From positions 503,271 through 567,270 of the forward strand of contig CAVPSB010000014.1 in assembly GCA_963708025.1 (NCBI GenBank): a DNA stretch of 64,000 bases, given 5' to 3'. The position numbers and the translations under genes were made by a program. This document shows positions 10,947-20,515 of the stretch, piece after piece; within the stretch, counting starts at the first letter, position 1, and each line of letters starts with the position of its first letter. The notes beneath the pieces were generated by a model. It searched no databases. It was not told where the DNA came from and saw only the letters and a program-made list of their open reading frames with translations. This DNA is from an uncultured Candidatus Rokubacteria bacterium (GTDB taxonomy: Bacteria > Methylomirabilota > Methylomirabilia > Rokubacteriales > DASRDR01).

Positions 10947-11966
10947 ATGAAGGGTGAGCTACGAAAGGACCCGGCCACCGGCAAGTGGGTGCTCGTCCGC
11001 CGACCCGGGGCGCTCCCGTGGGACGGGAGCGTTGACGCATGCCCATTCTGCCCGGGGAACGAGCGCCTGACCCCGGGCGAGATCGCCGCCTACCGGCCGG
11101 CCGACAGCGCGACCAACGGGCCGGGGTGGCAGGTGAGGGTGATCCCGGAGGGCGATCCCTATTTCATGATCGAGGAGGAGCTCGTCCGCGAGGGCGTGGG
11201 GATGTTCGACCGGATCAGCAACCGGGGGGCCAGCGAGATTGTCATCGAAGACCCGCGACACGAGACCACCCTCCCGACCATGGACGAGGATCAGCTGATC
11301 CGGGTGCTCTCGATGTACCGGGACCGCATCCAGGACCTGAAGCGGGACAGCAAGATCCGCAACGTGGTGGTGACCCGGCGGCACGGCAAGACCGGGGCCC
11401 GGATCCGCCACCCGTACTCGCGGATCCTGGCCACGCCGATCGTCTTCGACGACATTCGGGCCGAGCTGACCCAGGCGCGTGAGTACTTCGGCTACAAGCG
11501 GCGCTGCGTTTACTGCGACGTGGTCCGCGAGGAGATGGCCAGCGCCGATCGCGTGGTGCGCACCACCGGGGAGTTCGTGGCGTTCGTCCCCTATGCCGCG
11601 CGGGCTCCGTACGAGCTGCGCGTCATCCCACGGCGCCACGCCTGCGCCTTCGAGGATTTGTCCAGCGAGCAGGCCGCGGATCTGGCCCGTCTGCTCCGCG
11701 GCCTCATGGCGGTCGTCAGCAAGGCGCTGGGCGACCCTCCCTACGAGATGATGCTCCACACGGCGCCCAATCTCCAGGTGAAGGTCCTGCAGGGCGAGTG
11801 GGACACGGTGGCACGGGACTACCATTGGCACCTGGAGATCACGCCCGGCCCCGACCGGCGGACCGGCGTGGCGGGCATTGCCGTCAACGAGATCTTCCCG
11901 GAGGAAGCGGCCCGGTTCCTCCGGGAGGGCGGCGCCTCGACGAACCAGCACGCGCCGGCGAACTGA
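10947..11966 (+). CDS. Galactose-1-phosphate uridylyltransferase-like protein with atypical active site
   Basis: ELRKDPATGKWV, CPFCPGNE, RCVYCD, YHWHLEI; the HPHxQ motif reads HPYSR. Confidence 0.85.
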   Translation: MKGELRKDPATGKWVLVRRPGALPWDGSVDACPFCPGNERLTPGEIAAYRPADSATNGPGWQVRVIPEGDPYFMIEEELVREGVGMFDRISNRGASEIVIEDPRHETTLPTMDEDQLIRVLSMYRDRIQDLKRDSKIRNVVVTRRHGKTGARIRHPYSRILATPIVFDDIRAELTQAREYFGYKRRCVYCDVVREEMASADRVVRTTGEFVAFVPYAARAPYELRVIPRRHACAFEDLSSEQAADLARLLRGLMAVVSKALGDPPYEMMLHTAPNLQVKVLQGEWDTVARDYHWHLEITPGPDRRTGVAGIAVNEIFPEEAARFLREGGASTNQHAPAN

Positions 11967-12057
11967 GAGGGTGTGAAGGAATGGGGTCCTCCGGCTCCCC
12001 CTTCCCCCCGGTGGGTGGGGGAGGGGGGTTGGGGGGGTGGGCGGGAGGTCCCGAACT
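11964..12057 (+). repeat. Dispersed C-rich/G-rich palindromic repeat (family A), single copy
   Basis: TGAGAGgGTGTGAAG...CTCCCCCTTCCCCCCGGTGGGTGGGGGAGGGGGGTTGGGGGG...GGGAGGTCCCGAA, matching the 34294-34907 units. Confidence 0.85.
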
Positions 12058-12065
12058 GAACCAAT

Positions 12066-12215
12066 GCCGCCGGAGGCTCCGCTATCGCCGCCCGTCGGCT
12101 CCTCGCAACCGGCCCGCTTCGGCCGCGCGGCCCTGGCGTTCCACTTCGAGCCGCGGCTTCGCCGCGGCTTCCGACGGGGGGAATCGGGGGGCTTCCGAGA
12201 CCCCTCCCGAAGGAT
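12066..12215 (-). repeat. Dispersed ~150-bp repeat (family B)
   Basis: Reverse complement aligns with 36469-36610 (core gccgcggcgaNgccgcggctcgaRgtggaacgccagggccg). Confidence 0.8.
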
Positions 12216-12216
12216 C

Positions 12217-13488
<1,272 letters not shown>

Positions 13489-13562
13489 CGCCTGGCCTCC
13501 CTCAGAGCCCGATCGAGGGGCGGCGGTCACCGCATCGACTGGGGAAGTCTCGGGTTTTCCTC

Positions 13563-13617
13563 TTGACAGGCTGTCGGCCGCGTGTGATCCTCATATACGA
13601 CCAAATAGGTCGGCGAT
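13563..13617 (+). promoter_or_regulatory. isc operon promoter and Rrf2/IscR-type operator
   Basis: TTGACA at 13563; inverted repeat CGACC-AAATA-GGTCG (13598-13612) resembling IscR type-1 sites. Confidence 0.6.
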
Positions 13618-13628
13618 CGGAGAGGTCG

Positions 13629-14075
13629 GTGTTACGGTTCACCAAGAAAGCTGACTACGGCCTCATGGCGATTCATTATATCGCGTTCCACCAGCATGAC
13701 GGGGTGGCGAACGCGAAGCGGATCGCCGAGGACCTGGGCATTCCGGCGGAGCTGCTGGCGAAGATCCTGCAGCGGCTCGCCAAGCGCCGCCTGATCAAGA
13801 GCTCGAACGGTCCCAAGGGCGGCTACGTCCTGGCCCGTGAGCCCGGGCGGATCATGGTGGGGGACGTGCTCCGGGCCATCGAGGGTCCGCTGAGCATCGT
13901 CCAGTGCTACCAGGACCTTCAGTGCCCCCAGCTTGGCCGGTGCAACATCCGGAAGCCGGTGTGGATGATCCAGACGAGCATCGAGCAACTCCTGGATACG
14001 CTGAGCCTTGAAGAGATGAATCGTTTCCAGGCGCCGGCCGAGCTCCGCTTGCCGCTGGCCGGCGTGACCAACTGA
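13629..14075 (+). CDS. iscR: Rrf2-family Fe-S cluster assembly regulator (IscR-like)
   Basis: FTKKADYGL, GPKGGYVLAR, AIEGP, three Cys as C-x5-C-x5-C; first gene of the isc operon. Confidence 0.85.
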   Translation: MLRFTKKADYGLMAIHYIAFHQHDGVANAKRIAEDLGIPAELLAKILQRLAKRRLIKSSNGPKGGYVLAREPGRIMVGDVLRAIEGPLSIVQCYQDLQCPQLGRCNIRKPVWMIQTSIEQLLDTLSLEEMNRFQAPAELRLPLAGVTN

Positions 14076-14088
14076 GGAGATCCGGGTC

Positions 14089-15315
14089 ATGGCAGTGAAG
14101 CTTCCCATCTTCATGGACAGTCAGTCGACGACGCCGATGGACCCGCGGGTCCTGGAGGCGATGCTCCCGTACTTCACGGAGAAGTTCGGGCACCCGGGCA
14201 GTCGCAACCATCCCTTCGGCTGGGAAGCGGAGGCCGGGATGGAGCGTGGCCGGGAGCAGCTCGCCAAGCTGATCGGCGCCCGGGACCCGAAGGAGATCGT
14301 CTTCACCTCCGGGGGGACCGAGTCCGACAACTTGGCCTTGAAGGGCGTCGCCGAGATGTACCGGGAGAAGGGCAACCACGTCATCACCACGATGATCGAG
14401 CACCGAGCCGTGCTCGACCCCTGCCACCGCCTCGAGAAGCAGGGCCTGAAGGTCACGTATCTGCCGGTCGCGGCGGACGGCATCGTCGACCCCGACGAGA
14501 TCCGGAAGGCGCTCACCGACAAGACCATTCTCATCTCGGTGATGTTCGCCAACAACGAGATCGGGACGATCCAGCCGATCGCCGAGATCGGGAAGCTGGC
14601 CAAGGAGAAGGGCATCCTGTTCCACACCGACGCGACCCAGGCGGTCGGGAAGATCCCGGTGGACGTCGAGACGCTGGGGATCGACCTCCTCACCTGCTCG
14701 GCGCACAAGATATACGGCCCGAAGGGAATCGGCGCCCTCTACGTGCGGCGCCGGGCGCCGCGGGTCCGGATCGCGCCCATGATCGACGGCGGCGGCCATG
14801 AGCGGGGCACCCGGTCGGGGACGGTGCCGGTGCCGCTGGCGGCAGGCTTCGGAAAGGCGGCCGAGCTCTGCGGTCAGCTCATGGTCGAGGAGGGGGCGCG
14901 CCTGGCCAAGCTGCGGGACACGCTGCAGGACCGGATCCTGTCGTCGGTGGACGAGACGTACCTGAACGGGCACCCCGAGAAGCGGCTGCCCCACAACCTG
15001 AACATCTCGTTCGCGTACGTCGAGGGCGAGTCGGTGCTGATGGGGCTGAACAAGGAGGTCGCGCTGTCCTCGGGATCGGCCTGCACGTCGGCGACCCTCG
15101 AGCCGTCCTACGTCATCGCGGCGCTCGGAGTGGGCGCGGACCTCGCCCACTCGTCGATCCGTTTCGGGCTGCATCGGTTCACGACCGAGGAAGAGGTCGG
15201 GTACGTCGCGGACCGGACGATCGAGGTCGTCAAGCGGCTGCGAGAGATGTCCCCGCTCTACGAGTTGGCGAAAGAAGGGGTCGATCTCAAGTCCATTCAG
15301 TGGAAGGCCGAGTAA
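14089..15315 (+). CDS. iscS: Cysteine desulfurase IscS
   Basis: TTPMDPRV, FTSGGTESDN, SAHKIYGPKG, SSGSACTSATLEPSYV, LREMSPLYE. Confidence 0.97.
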   Translation: MAVKLPIFMDSQSTTPMDPRVLEAMLPYFTEKFGHPGSRNHPFGWEAEAGMERGREQLAKLIGARDPKEIVFTSGGTESDNLALKGVAEMYREKGNHVITTMIEHRAVLDPCHRLEKQGLKVTYLPVAADGIVDPDEIRKALTDKTILISVMFANNEIGTIQPIAEIGKLAKEKGILFHTDATQAVGKIPVDVETLGIDLLTCSAHKIYGPKGIGALYVRRRAPRVRIAPMIDGGGHERGTRSGTVPVPLAAGFGKAAELCGQLMVEEGARLAKLRDTLQDRILSSVDETYLNGHPEKRLPHNLNISFAYVEGESVLMGLNKEVALSSGSACTSATLEPSYVIAALGVGADLAHSSIRFGLHRFTTEEEVGYVADRTIEVVKRLREMSPLYELAKEGVDLKSIQWKAE

Positions 15316-15328
15316 AGGGGGACGTCAC

Positions 15329-15742
15329 ATGGCCTACAGCGAGAAGGTGATCGATCACTACAACAACCCCCGCAACGTCGGGTCCTTCACCAAGGACACG
15401 CCAGGGCTGGGCACCGGGCTGGTCGGGGCGCCGGAGTGCGGGGACGTGATGAAGCTGCAGATCAAGGTGAACCTGGACACCGGTGTCATCGAGGACGCCA
15501 AGTTCAAGACCTTCGGCTGCGGCTCGGCGATCGCCAGCTCGAGCCTGGCCACGGAGTGGCTGAAGGGGAAGAGCGTCGACGATGCGCTGAAGATCAAGAA
15601 CACCGACATCGTGAACGAGCTGAAGCTGCCGCCGGTGAAGATCCACTGCTCGGTCCTGGCCGAGGACGCCATCAAGGCGGCCATCAAGGACTTCCAGGAG
15701 AAGCTTGCCGAGAAGCAGGCCGAGGCGGCGGCCCGGCCGTAG
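15329..15742 (+). CDS. iscU: Fe-S scaffold IscU
   Basis: GAPECGDVM, FGCGSAIASSS, LPPVKIHCS. Confidence 0.97.
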   Translation: MAYSEKVIDHYNNPRNVGSFTKDTPGLGTGLVGAPECGDVMKLQIKVNLDTGVIEDAKFKTFGCGSAIASSSLATEWLKGKSVDDALKIKNTDIVNELKLPPVKIHCSVLAEDAIKAAIKDFQEKLAEKQAEAAARP

Positions 15743-15760
15743 CGGAGGGAGCGACGGATC

Positions 15761-16087
15761 ATGGCCGTGAATGTGAGTCCCGGGGCGGTCAAGCGAGTGA
15801 AGGAGATGATGGAGAGCCAGAATCTCCAGAATGCGTTCCTTCGCATGGGCGTCAAGGGCGGCGGGTGCTCCGGGCTCCAGTACAACCTGGAGTTCGACAC
15901 CGAGATGGGCAAGTTCGACAAGCAGTTCGAGGTCGACGGCGTGAAGGTGGTGGTCAACGTGAAGAGCTACCTCTACCTGAACGGCACGACGCTCGACTGG
16001 GTGACTCAGGGGCTGACGGGCGGCTTCACGTTCGTGAACCCGAACGCGAAGTCGAGCTGCGGCTGCGGGACCTCGTTCACCACCTAA
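15761..16087 (+). CDS. iscA: A-type Fe-S carrier IscA
   Basis: GGGCSG, NPNAKSSCGCGTSF. Confidence 0.95.
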   Translation: MAVNVSPGAVKRVKEMMESQNLQNAFLRMGVKGGGCSGLQYNLEFDTEMGKFDKQFEVDGVKVVVNVKSYLYLNGTTLDWVTQGLTGGFTFVNPNAKSSCGCGTSFTT

Positions 16088-16116
16088 GAGAAGCCAGCGG
16101 GCCCGCGCACGCCAAT

Positions 16117-16138
16117 GACCGGGCCTCGAGGCCCGGTC
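16117..16138. other. Perfect 22-bp palindrome between iscA and hscB
   Basis: GACCGGGCCTCGAGGCCCGGTC. Confidence 0.6.
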
Positions 16139-16154
16139 TGATTTTGGGGAGACG

Positions 16155-16829
16155 GTGACGACGGACGGACCGCTCGTGAAGTGCCGGCAGTGCGGGACGG
16201 AGACGCCGGGTGGGGGAGTCTGTCCGGAGTGCGGCCACCTCCAGCCGCTCGCGGCCGGGATCGACCACTGGGCCGTGCTCGGCCTCTCGCGGAGCTTGCA
16301 GCTCGAGCGGGCCGATCTGGAGCGGCGCTTCCACGAGCTGAACCGGCGCTTCCACCCGGACTATTTCCGGCTGCGCGGGGCCGAGGAGCAGGCGACCAGC
16401 CTGGAGAACTCGGCGGCGGTCAACGCGGCGTACCGGACGCTCCGGGAGCCGGTGAGCCGTGTGGAGTACCTCCTCGAGCTCGAGGGCCTCGCCCTGGGGA
16501 CGGCCGGCCAGGCGCGCCCGCCGGCGGACCTGTTCGAGGAGATCATGGAGCTGCAGGAGGCCCGCCAGGAGCTGGAAGCGGCCGGCGCCGACGCTCCCGG
16601 GGAGCTGCGCGCGCGGCTCGAGGCGGCCCGGGGCGAGCTGGAGGTGCGGCGACAGACCACCGACGGCGAGCTGGTGGCCCTCTTCCCCCGGTGGGACGCG
16701 GCGGGGGAGGACGAGCGGCGGCGTCTCCTGGGACGGATGCGGGACGTCCTGGCCACGCGGGCGTATCTCAAGACGGTCCTCCGCGACCTGGGCGCGACCC
16801 TGGAGACCGTCGGCGGAAGGGTGGGGTGA
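16155..16829 (+). CDS. hscB: Co-chaperone HscB with N-terminal tetracysteine motif
   Basis: J-domain HPD, NAAYRTL; CRQC...CPEC. Confidence 0.93.
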   Translation: MTTDGPLVKCRQCGTETPGGGVCPECGHLQPLAAGIDHWAVLGLSRSLQLERADLERRFHELNRRFHPDYFRLRGAEEQATSLENSAAVNAAYRTLREPVSRVEYLLELEGLALGTAGQARPPADLFEEIMELQEARQELEAAGADAPGELRARLEAARGELEVRRQTTDGELVALFPRWDAAGEDERRRLLGRMRDVLATRAYLKTVLRDLGATLETVGGRVG

Positions 16830-18736
16830 TGGCGGAGCTCACGATCAAGCCGGCCTCGCGGGCGAAGCCCGCCAGGGCGGGGGACGACCGGACCGGCGCG
16901 CCGAAGGAGTTGGTCGTCGGCATCGATCTCGGCACGACGAACAGCCTGGTCGCCTACATGGACGGGGACGTGCCCCGGATCATCACCGACGAGGACGGGC
17001 GAGGGCTCCTGCCCTCGGTGGTGGCGTTTGGACCGGACGGCCCGGTGGTCGGGGAGGCCGCCAAGCGGCAGCTGGTCCGGCGGGCAGAGCGCGCCGTGTA
17101 CTCGGTCAAGCGCTTCATGGGGAAGGGGTACGACGACGTCAAGGACGAGCTGCGCTACTTCCCCTTCCACATCACGCCCAGCCAGGAGGTCGTGCGCATT
17201 CGCATCGCCGACCGGGAGCTGACGCCACCGGAGATCTCGGCCCTGATCCTCAAGGAGCTGAAGCAGCGCGCCGAGCGGCATCTCGACCGGCCGGTGGAGA
17301 AGGCCGTCATCACGGTCCCGGCCTACTTCAACGACAGCCAGCGGCAGGCGACGAAGGACGCCGGCCGCATCGCGGGGCTCGACGTCCTGCGGATCGTCAA
17401 CGAGCCGACGGCGGCCTGTCTCGCCTACGGCCTCCAGCGGAAGAAGGAAGGGATCATCGCCGTCTACGACCTCGGGGGCGGGACGTTCGACATCTCGATC
17501 CTCAAGGTCCGGGACGGCATCTTCGAGGTGCTCTCGACGAACGGCGACACCCACCTCGGCGGCGACGATTTCGACCGCGTGCTCGTCAACCTGATCCTCG
17601 CCGACGTGCGGGCGCGGCACGGCGTGGACATCGCCTCCGATCCGGAGGCGATGCAGGAGATCCGGCTCGGTGCCGAGGCGGCGCGGATCGTCCTGTCGAG
17701 CGCCGAGCAGACCACGCTGACGATCCCGATGTCCCAGCACGGCTTCGAGTACCGGCGGGAGCTGGGCCGGGCCGAGCTGGAGCGGCTGATCGATCCCATC
17801 GTGGGGCGGACGCTCGAGCCCTGCCGGACGGCTCTGGCCGATGCTGGGATGACGCCGGCCCAGATCGACGAGGTGGTGCTGGTCGGCGGCGCGACCCGGA
17901 CGCCCCTGGTCCGGCGGCGGGTCGAGGCGCTGTTCGCCCGGCGGCCCCACTCCGAGCTGAACCCGGACGAGGTGGTGGCGCTCGGCGCCGCGGTCCAGGC
18001 CGACATCCTGGCCGGCGGGACCACCCACCTGCTCCTCCTGGACATCACGCCGCTCTCGCTGGGCATCGAGACGCTGGGCGGGGCGGTGAGCGTCCTGATC
18101 CCCCGCAACACCACGATTCCGACCTCGGCCAAGGAGGGTTTCACCACGTCGGTGGATGGCCAGGCCGTGGTGGACATGCACGTGGTCCAGGGCGAGCGAG
18201 ACCTCGCGAAGGACAACCGCAGCCTGGCCCGGTTCGATCTCCGGGGGATCCCCCCGATGCCGGCCGGGCTGCCCCGGATCGAGGTGTCCTTCCTGATCGA
18301 CGCCAACGGCATGCTGAACGTCACGGCCGTGGAGACGCGGAGCGGTTCCCAGGCGTCGGTGGAGGTGCGGCCGACCTACGGGCTGACCGACGCCGAGGTG
18401 GAGCGGATGGTCGAGGAGTCGCTCACGTTTGCCGAGGAGGACGTGCGGGCCCGCCTGCTGATCGACGCCCGGAACGAGGCCGAGACGGTGCTCCGGGCCA
18501 CCGAGAAGGCCCTCGGGCAGGGGGCAGGTCTGGTCGCCGACGACGAGGTCGAGCGGATCCGGGCGGCTCTGGCCAGGCTGCGAGCGGCCCGGGACGGGGA
18601 CGACGCCGACGCCATCCGCGACGCCACCGACCGGCTGAACCACGAGACCCAGCACCTGGCGGAGCTCTTGATGGACGGGGCGCTGCGGGCGGCCCTGCAG
18701 AACCGCCGGGTGACGGCCGCGATCGAGAAGCCGTGA
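16829..18736 (+). CDS. hscA: Hsp70 chaperone HscA
   Basis: VVGIDLGTTNS, ITVPAYFND, YDLGGGTFD, RPTYGLTD; position in the isc operon. Confidence 0.93.
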   Translation: MAELTIKPASRAKPARAGDDRTGAPKELVVGIDLGTTNSLVAYMDGDVPRIITDEDGRGLLPSVVAFGPDGPVVGEAAKRQLVRRAERAVYSVKRFMGKGYDDVKDELRYFPFHITPSQEVVRIRIADRELTPPEISALILKELKQRAERHLDRPVEKAVITVPAYFNDSQRQATKDAGRIAGLDVLRIVNEPTAACLAYGLQRKKEGIIAVYDLGGGTFDISILKVRDGIFEVLSTNGDTHLGGDDFDRVLVNLILADVRARHGVDIASDPEAMQEIRLGAEAARIVLSSAEQTTLTIPMSQHGFEYRRELGRAELERLIDPIVGRTLEPCRTALADAGMTPAQIDEVVLVGGATRTPLVRRRVEALFARRPHSELNPDEVVALGAAVQADILAGGTTHLLLLDITPLSLGIETLGGAVSVLIPRNTTIPTSAKEGFTTSVDGQAVVDMHVVQGERDLAKDNRSLARFDLRGIPPMPAGLPRIEVSFLIDANGMLNVTAVETRSGSQASVEVRPTYGLTDAEVERMVEESLTFAEEDVRARLLIDARNEAETVLRATEKALGQGAGLVADDEVERIRAALARLRAARDGDDADAIRDATDRLNHETQHLAELLMDGALRAALQNRRVTAAIEKP

Positions 18737-19059
18737 TGGCCCGATACCGGGTGACCTTCTTGCCTCAGAACGTGACGGTCGAGGTCGACGACAAGGACTT
18801 TCCCTATGGAGATCACGGGAAGCCCGGGTCGCTCCTCGACATCGCCCTGCACAGCAACGTCCGGGTGGAGCACAACTGCGGGGGCAACTGCGCCTGCACG
18901 ACCTGTCACGTCGTCGTGAAGGAGGGCGAGGAAAGTCTCTCCCCGATGGAGTCGGACGAGGAGGACCGCCTGGACACGGCCCAGGGGCTGACGCTCCACT
19001 CGCGGCTCGGCTGCCAGGCGGTGGTGCAGGGCGACGTCATCGTCGAGCTGGTGGAGTGA
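18736..19059 (+). CDS. fdx: ISC [2Fe-2S] ferredoxin
   Basis: EHNCGGNCACTTCHV...SRLGCQ. Confidence 0.93.
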   Translation: MARYRVTFLPQNVTVEVDDKDFPYGDHGKPGSLLDIALHSNVRVEHNCGGNCACTTCHVVVKEGEESLSPMESDEEDRLDTAQGLTLHSRLGCQAVVQGDVIVELVE

Positions 19060-19277
19060 CGAGCATGGGACTCAAGTGGGGCGAGGCCGAGGACATCGCG
19101 ATCGAGCTCGCGGAGAAGTTCCCCGATCTGGATCCGCTGACTGTCCGGTTCACCGACCTCTACCGGTGGGTGACCGAGCTGTCCGGCTTCGACGACGACC
19201 CGAAGGCGTCGAGCGAGGGGAAGCTGGAGGCGATTCAGATGAGATGGCTCGAGGAATACCGGGCGTCGCGGGAGTGA
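19056..19277 (+). CDS. iscX: Fe-S assembly protein IscX
   Basis: LKW..AEDIAIEL...DPLTVRFTDL...LEAIQMRWLEE. Confidence 0.93.
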   Translation: MTSMGLKWGEAEDIAIELAEKFPDLDPLTVRFTDLYRWVTELSGFDDDPKASSEGKLEAIQMRWLEEYRASRE

Positions 19278-19337
19278 CGCGCCGTGCCGATTACCTTCGC
19301 ATCCCGGCGTCGTTCGGACGGCCTTCAGCCTTCGGGG

Positions 19338-19420
19338 GCGGCGCCCATCCTCGGCGTACCAGGGCGTACGCCTCCGGTGGGCGCCGCTCTGCGTCCTTGG
19401 GCTGCTCGGTTCTCGGCCCG
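19338..19420. repeat. Nested palindromic repeat (family C); partial inverted copy at 20067-20101
   Basis: GCGGCGCCCA..GGCGTAC cagggc GTACGCC..TGGGCGCCGC; ctgcgtcctt...ctcggttctcggcccg recurs inverted. Confidence 0.65.
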
Positions 19421-19436
19421 GCGCGGTACCCTCCGC

Positions 19437-19694
19437 CTACCAGGTGACGACGGTGTCGGCGGCGAAGATCAGATCCAGCAGACGGCCATGATCGATCGCT
19501 GGGTAGGCGGAGAGCGAGTCGCCGTTGCCATCGGCGAGACGGAAGACCTCGCCGGCCAGTGGCTCGGACAGCACCGCGGCGTCCTGCAGCAGGACGATCG
19601 AGAGCCGATTGTCCGGGTCCCGGGCTTGCGCCGCGAGCACGTCGAGGGCCGTGCGGTTACCGGGATCCTTGAGCAGGTGGAGGATGTGGGGCAC
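19437..19694 (-). CDS. DsrH/TusB-like sulfur relay protein
   Basis: ILHLL, IVLLQDAA, IDHGRLLDLIFAADTVVTW. Confidence 0.7.
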   Translation of the reverse strand: MPHILHLLKDPGNRTALDVLAAQARDPDNRLSIVLLQDAAVLSEPLAGEVFRLADGNGDSLSAYPAIDHGRLLDLIFAADTVVTW

Positions 19695-19703
19695 GGCCGA
19701 GGC

Positions 19704-20060
19704 CTAGAAGACCAGGACGCGGTCGCTGCGGGCGATGAGACCCGCCAGCTCGTCGGTGGAGATGGGGACGACCTCGGGTCCGCCGGCGTTCCAGTCCCCG
19801 TGGTCCGGGATGGCCGAGCGCTCGACGTGGAAGACCTGGCCGAGCTTCTTCAGGGTGGCGACGTGCTTCAGCGTGTCCTCGCCGTCGATGCAGTCCTCGA
19901 TCTCGGGGCTCAGGATCCTGGCCGCCGGGCCGAGGAGCACGAGGGTCACGTCGTTCTCCCCAGCCAGGATCCCGAGGGCGATGCGGACGGCCTCGTTGGC
20001 GCGGTGGGACGTCTCGGGATCGACGGAGACGACGACCAGGACGTGCTCGGCCGCCGACGT
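19704..20060 (-). CDS. DsrF/TusC-like protein, no canonical start
   Basis: HVLVVVSVDPETSHRANEAVRIALGILAG...ISTDELAGLIARSDRVLVF; ACG at 20060; in frame with the upstream TAG. Confidence 0.65.
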   Translation of the reverse strand, partial: TSAAEHVLVVVSVDPETSHRANEAVRIALGILAGENDVTLVLLGPAARILSPEIEDCIDGEDTLKHVATLKKLGQVFHVERSAIPDHGDWNAGGPEVVPISTDELAGLIARSDRVLVF

Positions 20061-20114
20061 CCGTCGCGGGCCGAGAACCGAGGGCGAGTCGAAGGACGCA
20101 GGGTCTCGGCGCGG

Positions 20115-20447
20115 CTAGTTCAGGGCGACGAAGCGGTCGCAGCCGTTGATCAAATCCGTGAGGACGACCAGGCCGCAGTAGGTGGCCTTCTCGGTGATCG
20201 GGAGGCGGCGGCGCTGGCAGCCGTAGGCGCAGACGAAGAGCTTGGCGCCCCGGCGGCCCAGCTCGAGGACCCGATCGTCGTCGATGTTGGCCACGCCGTC
20301 GTCCACGAGGTAGAGGTAGAGACCGAGCCCGCGGTCGAGCGCCGCCCGGCTGAGCCCCAGGCAGGTCTCGAGGTTGGGGTGTTCGGGCCGGGTGGAGAGC
20401 AGGATCCCGAGCTTGCGGCCGCGCAGATCGCCTCGGGGTCGAGTCAC
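20115..20447 (-). CDS. DsrE/TusD-like sulfur relay protein
   Basis: KLGILLSTRP, LYLVDDGV, LFVCAYGCQRR, GLVVLTDLINGCDRFVALN. Confidence 0.8.
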   Translation of the reverse strand: MTRPRGDLRGRKLGILLSTRPEHPNLETCLGLSRAALDRGLGLYLYLVDDGVANIDDDRVLELGRRGAKLFVCAYGCQRRRLPITEKATYCGLVVLTDLINGCDRFVALN

Positions 20448-20453
20448 GTGATC

Positions 20454-20482
20454 ACGCTAACACCCGCCCTGGACGGTGTCAA
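20454..20482 (-). promoter_or_regulatory. Sigma-70 promoter; leaderless dsrE-like transcript
   Basis: TTGACA-17 nt-TAGCGT, then 6 nt to the GTG start, no RBS. Confidence 0.6.
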
Positions 20483-20515
20483 CGCGAGCCGTTCGTTTTC
20501 GATGAGGTGAGCGCC

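Noticed and set aside
16361-18655. Long antisense ORFs (here and opposite rpoD, the kinases, accC, etc.)
   Set aside because: Shadow ORFs of high-GC codon usage with no independent motifs
19437-20447. Dissimilatory sulfur metabolism from dsrEFH-like genes
   Set aside because: No dsrABC in the window; the family is broad
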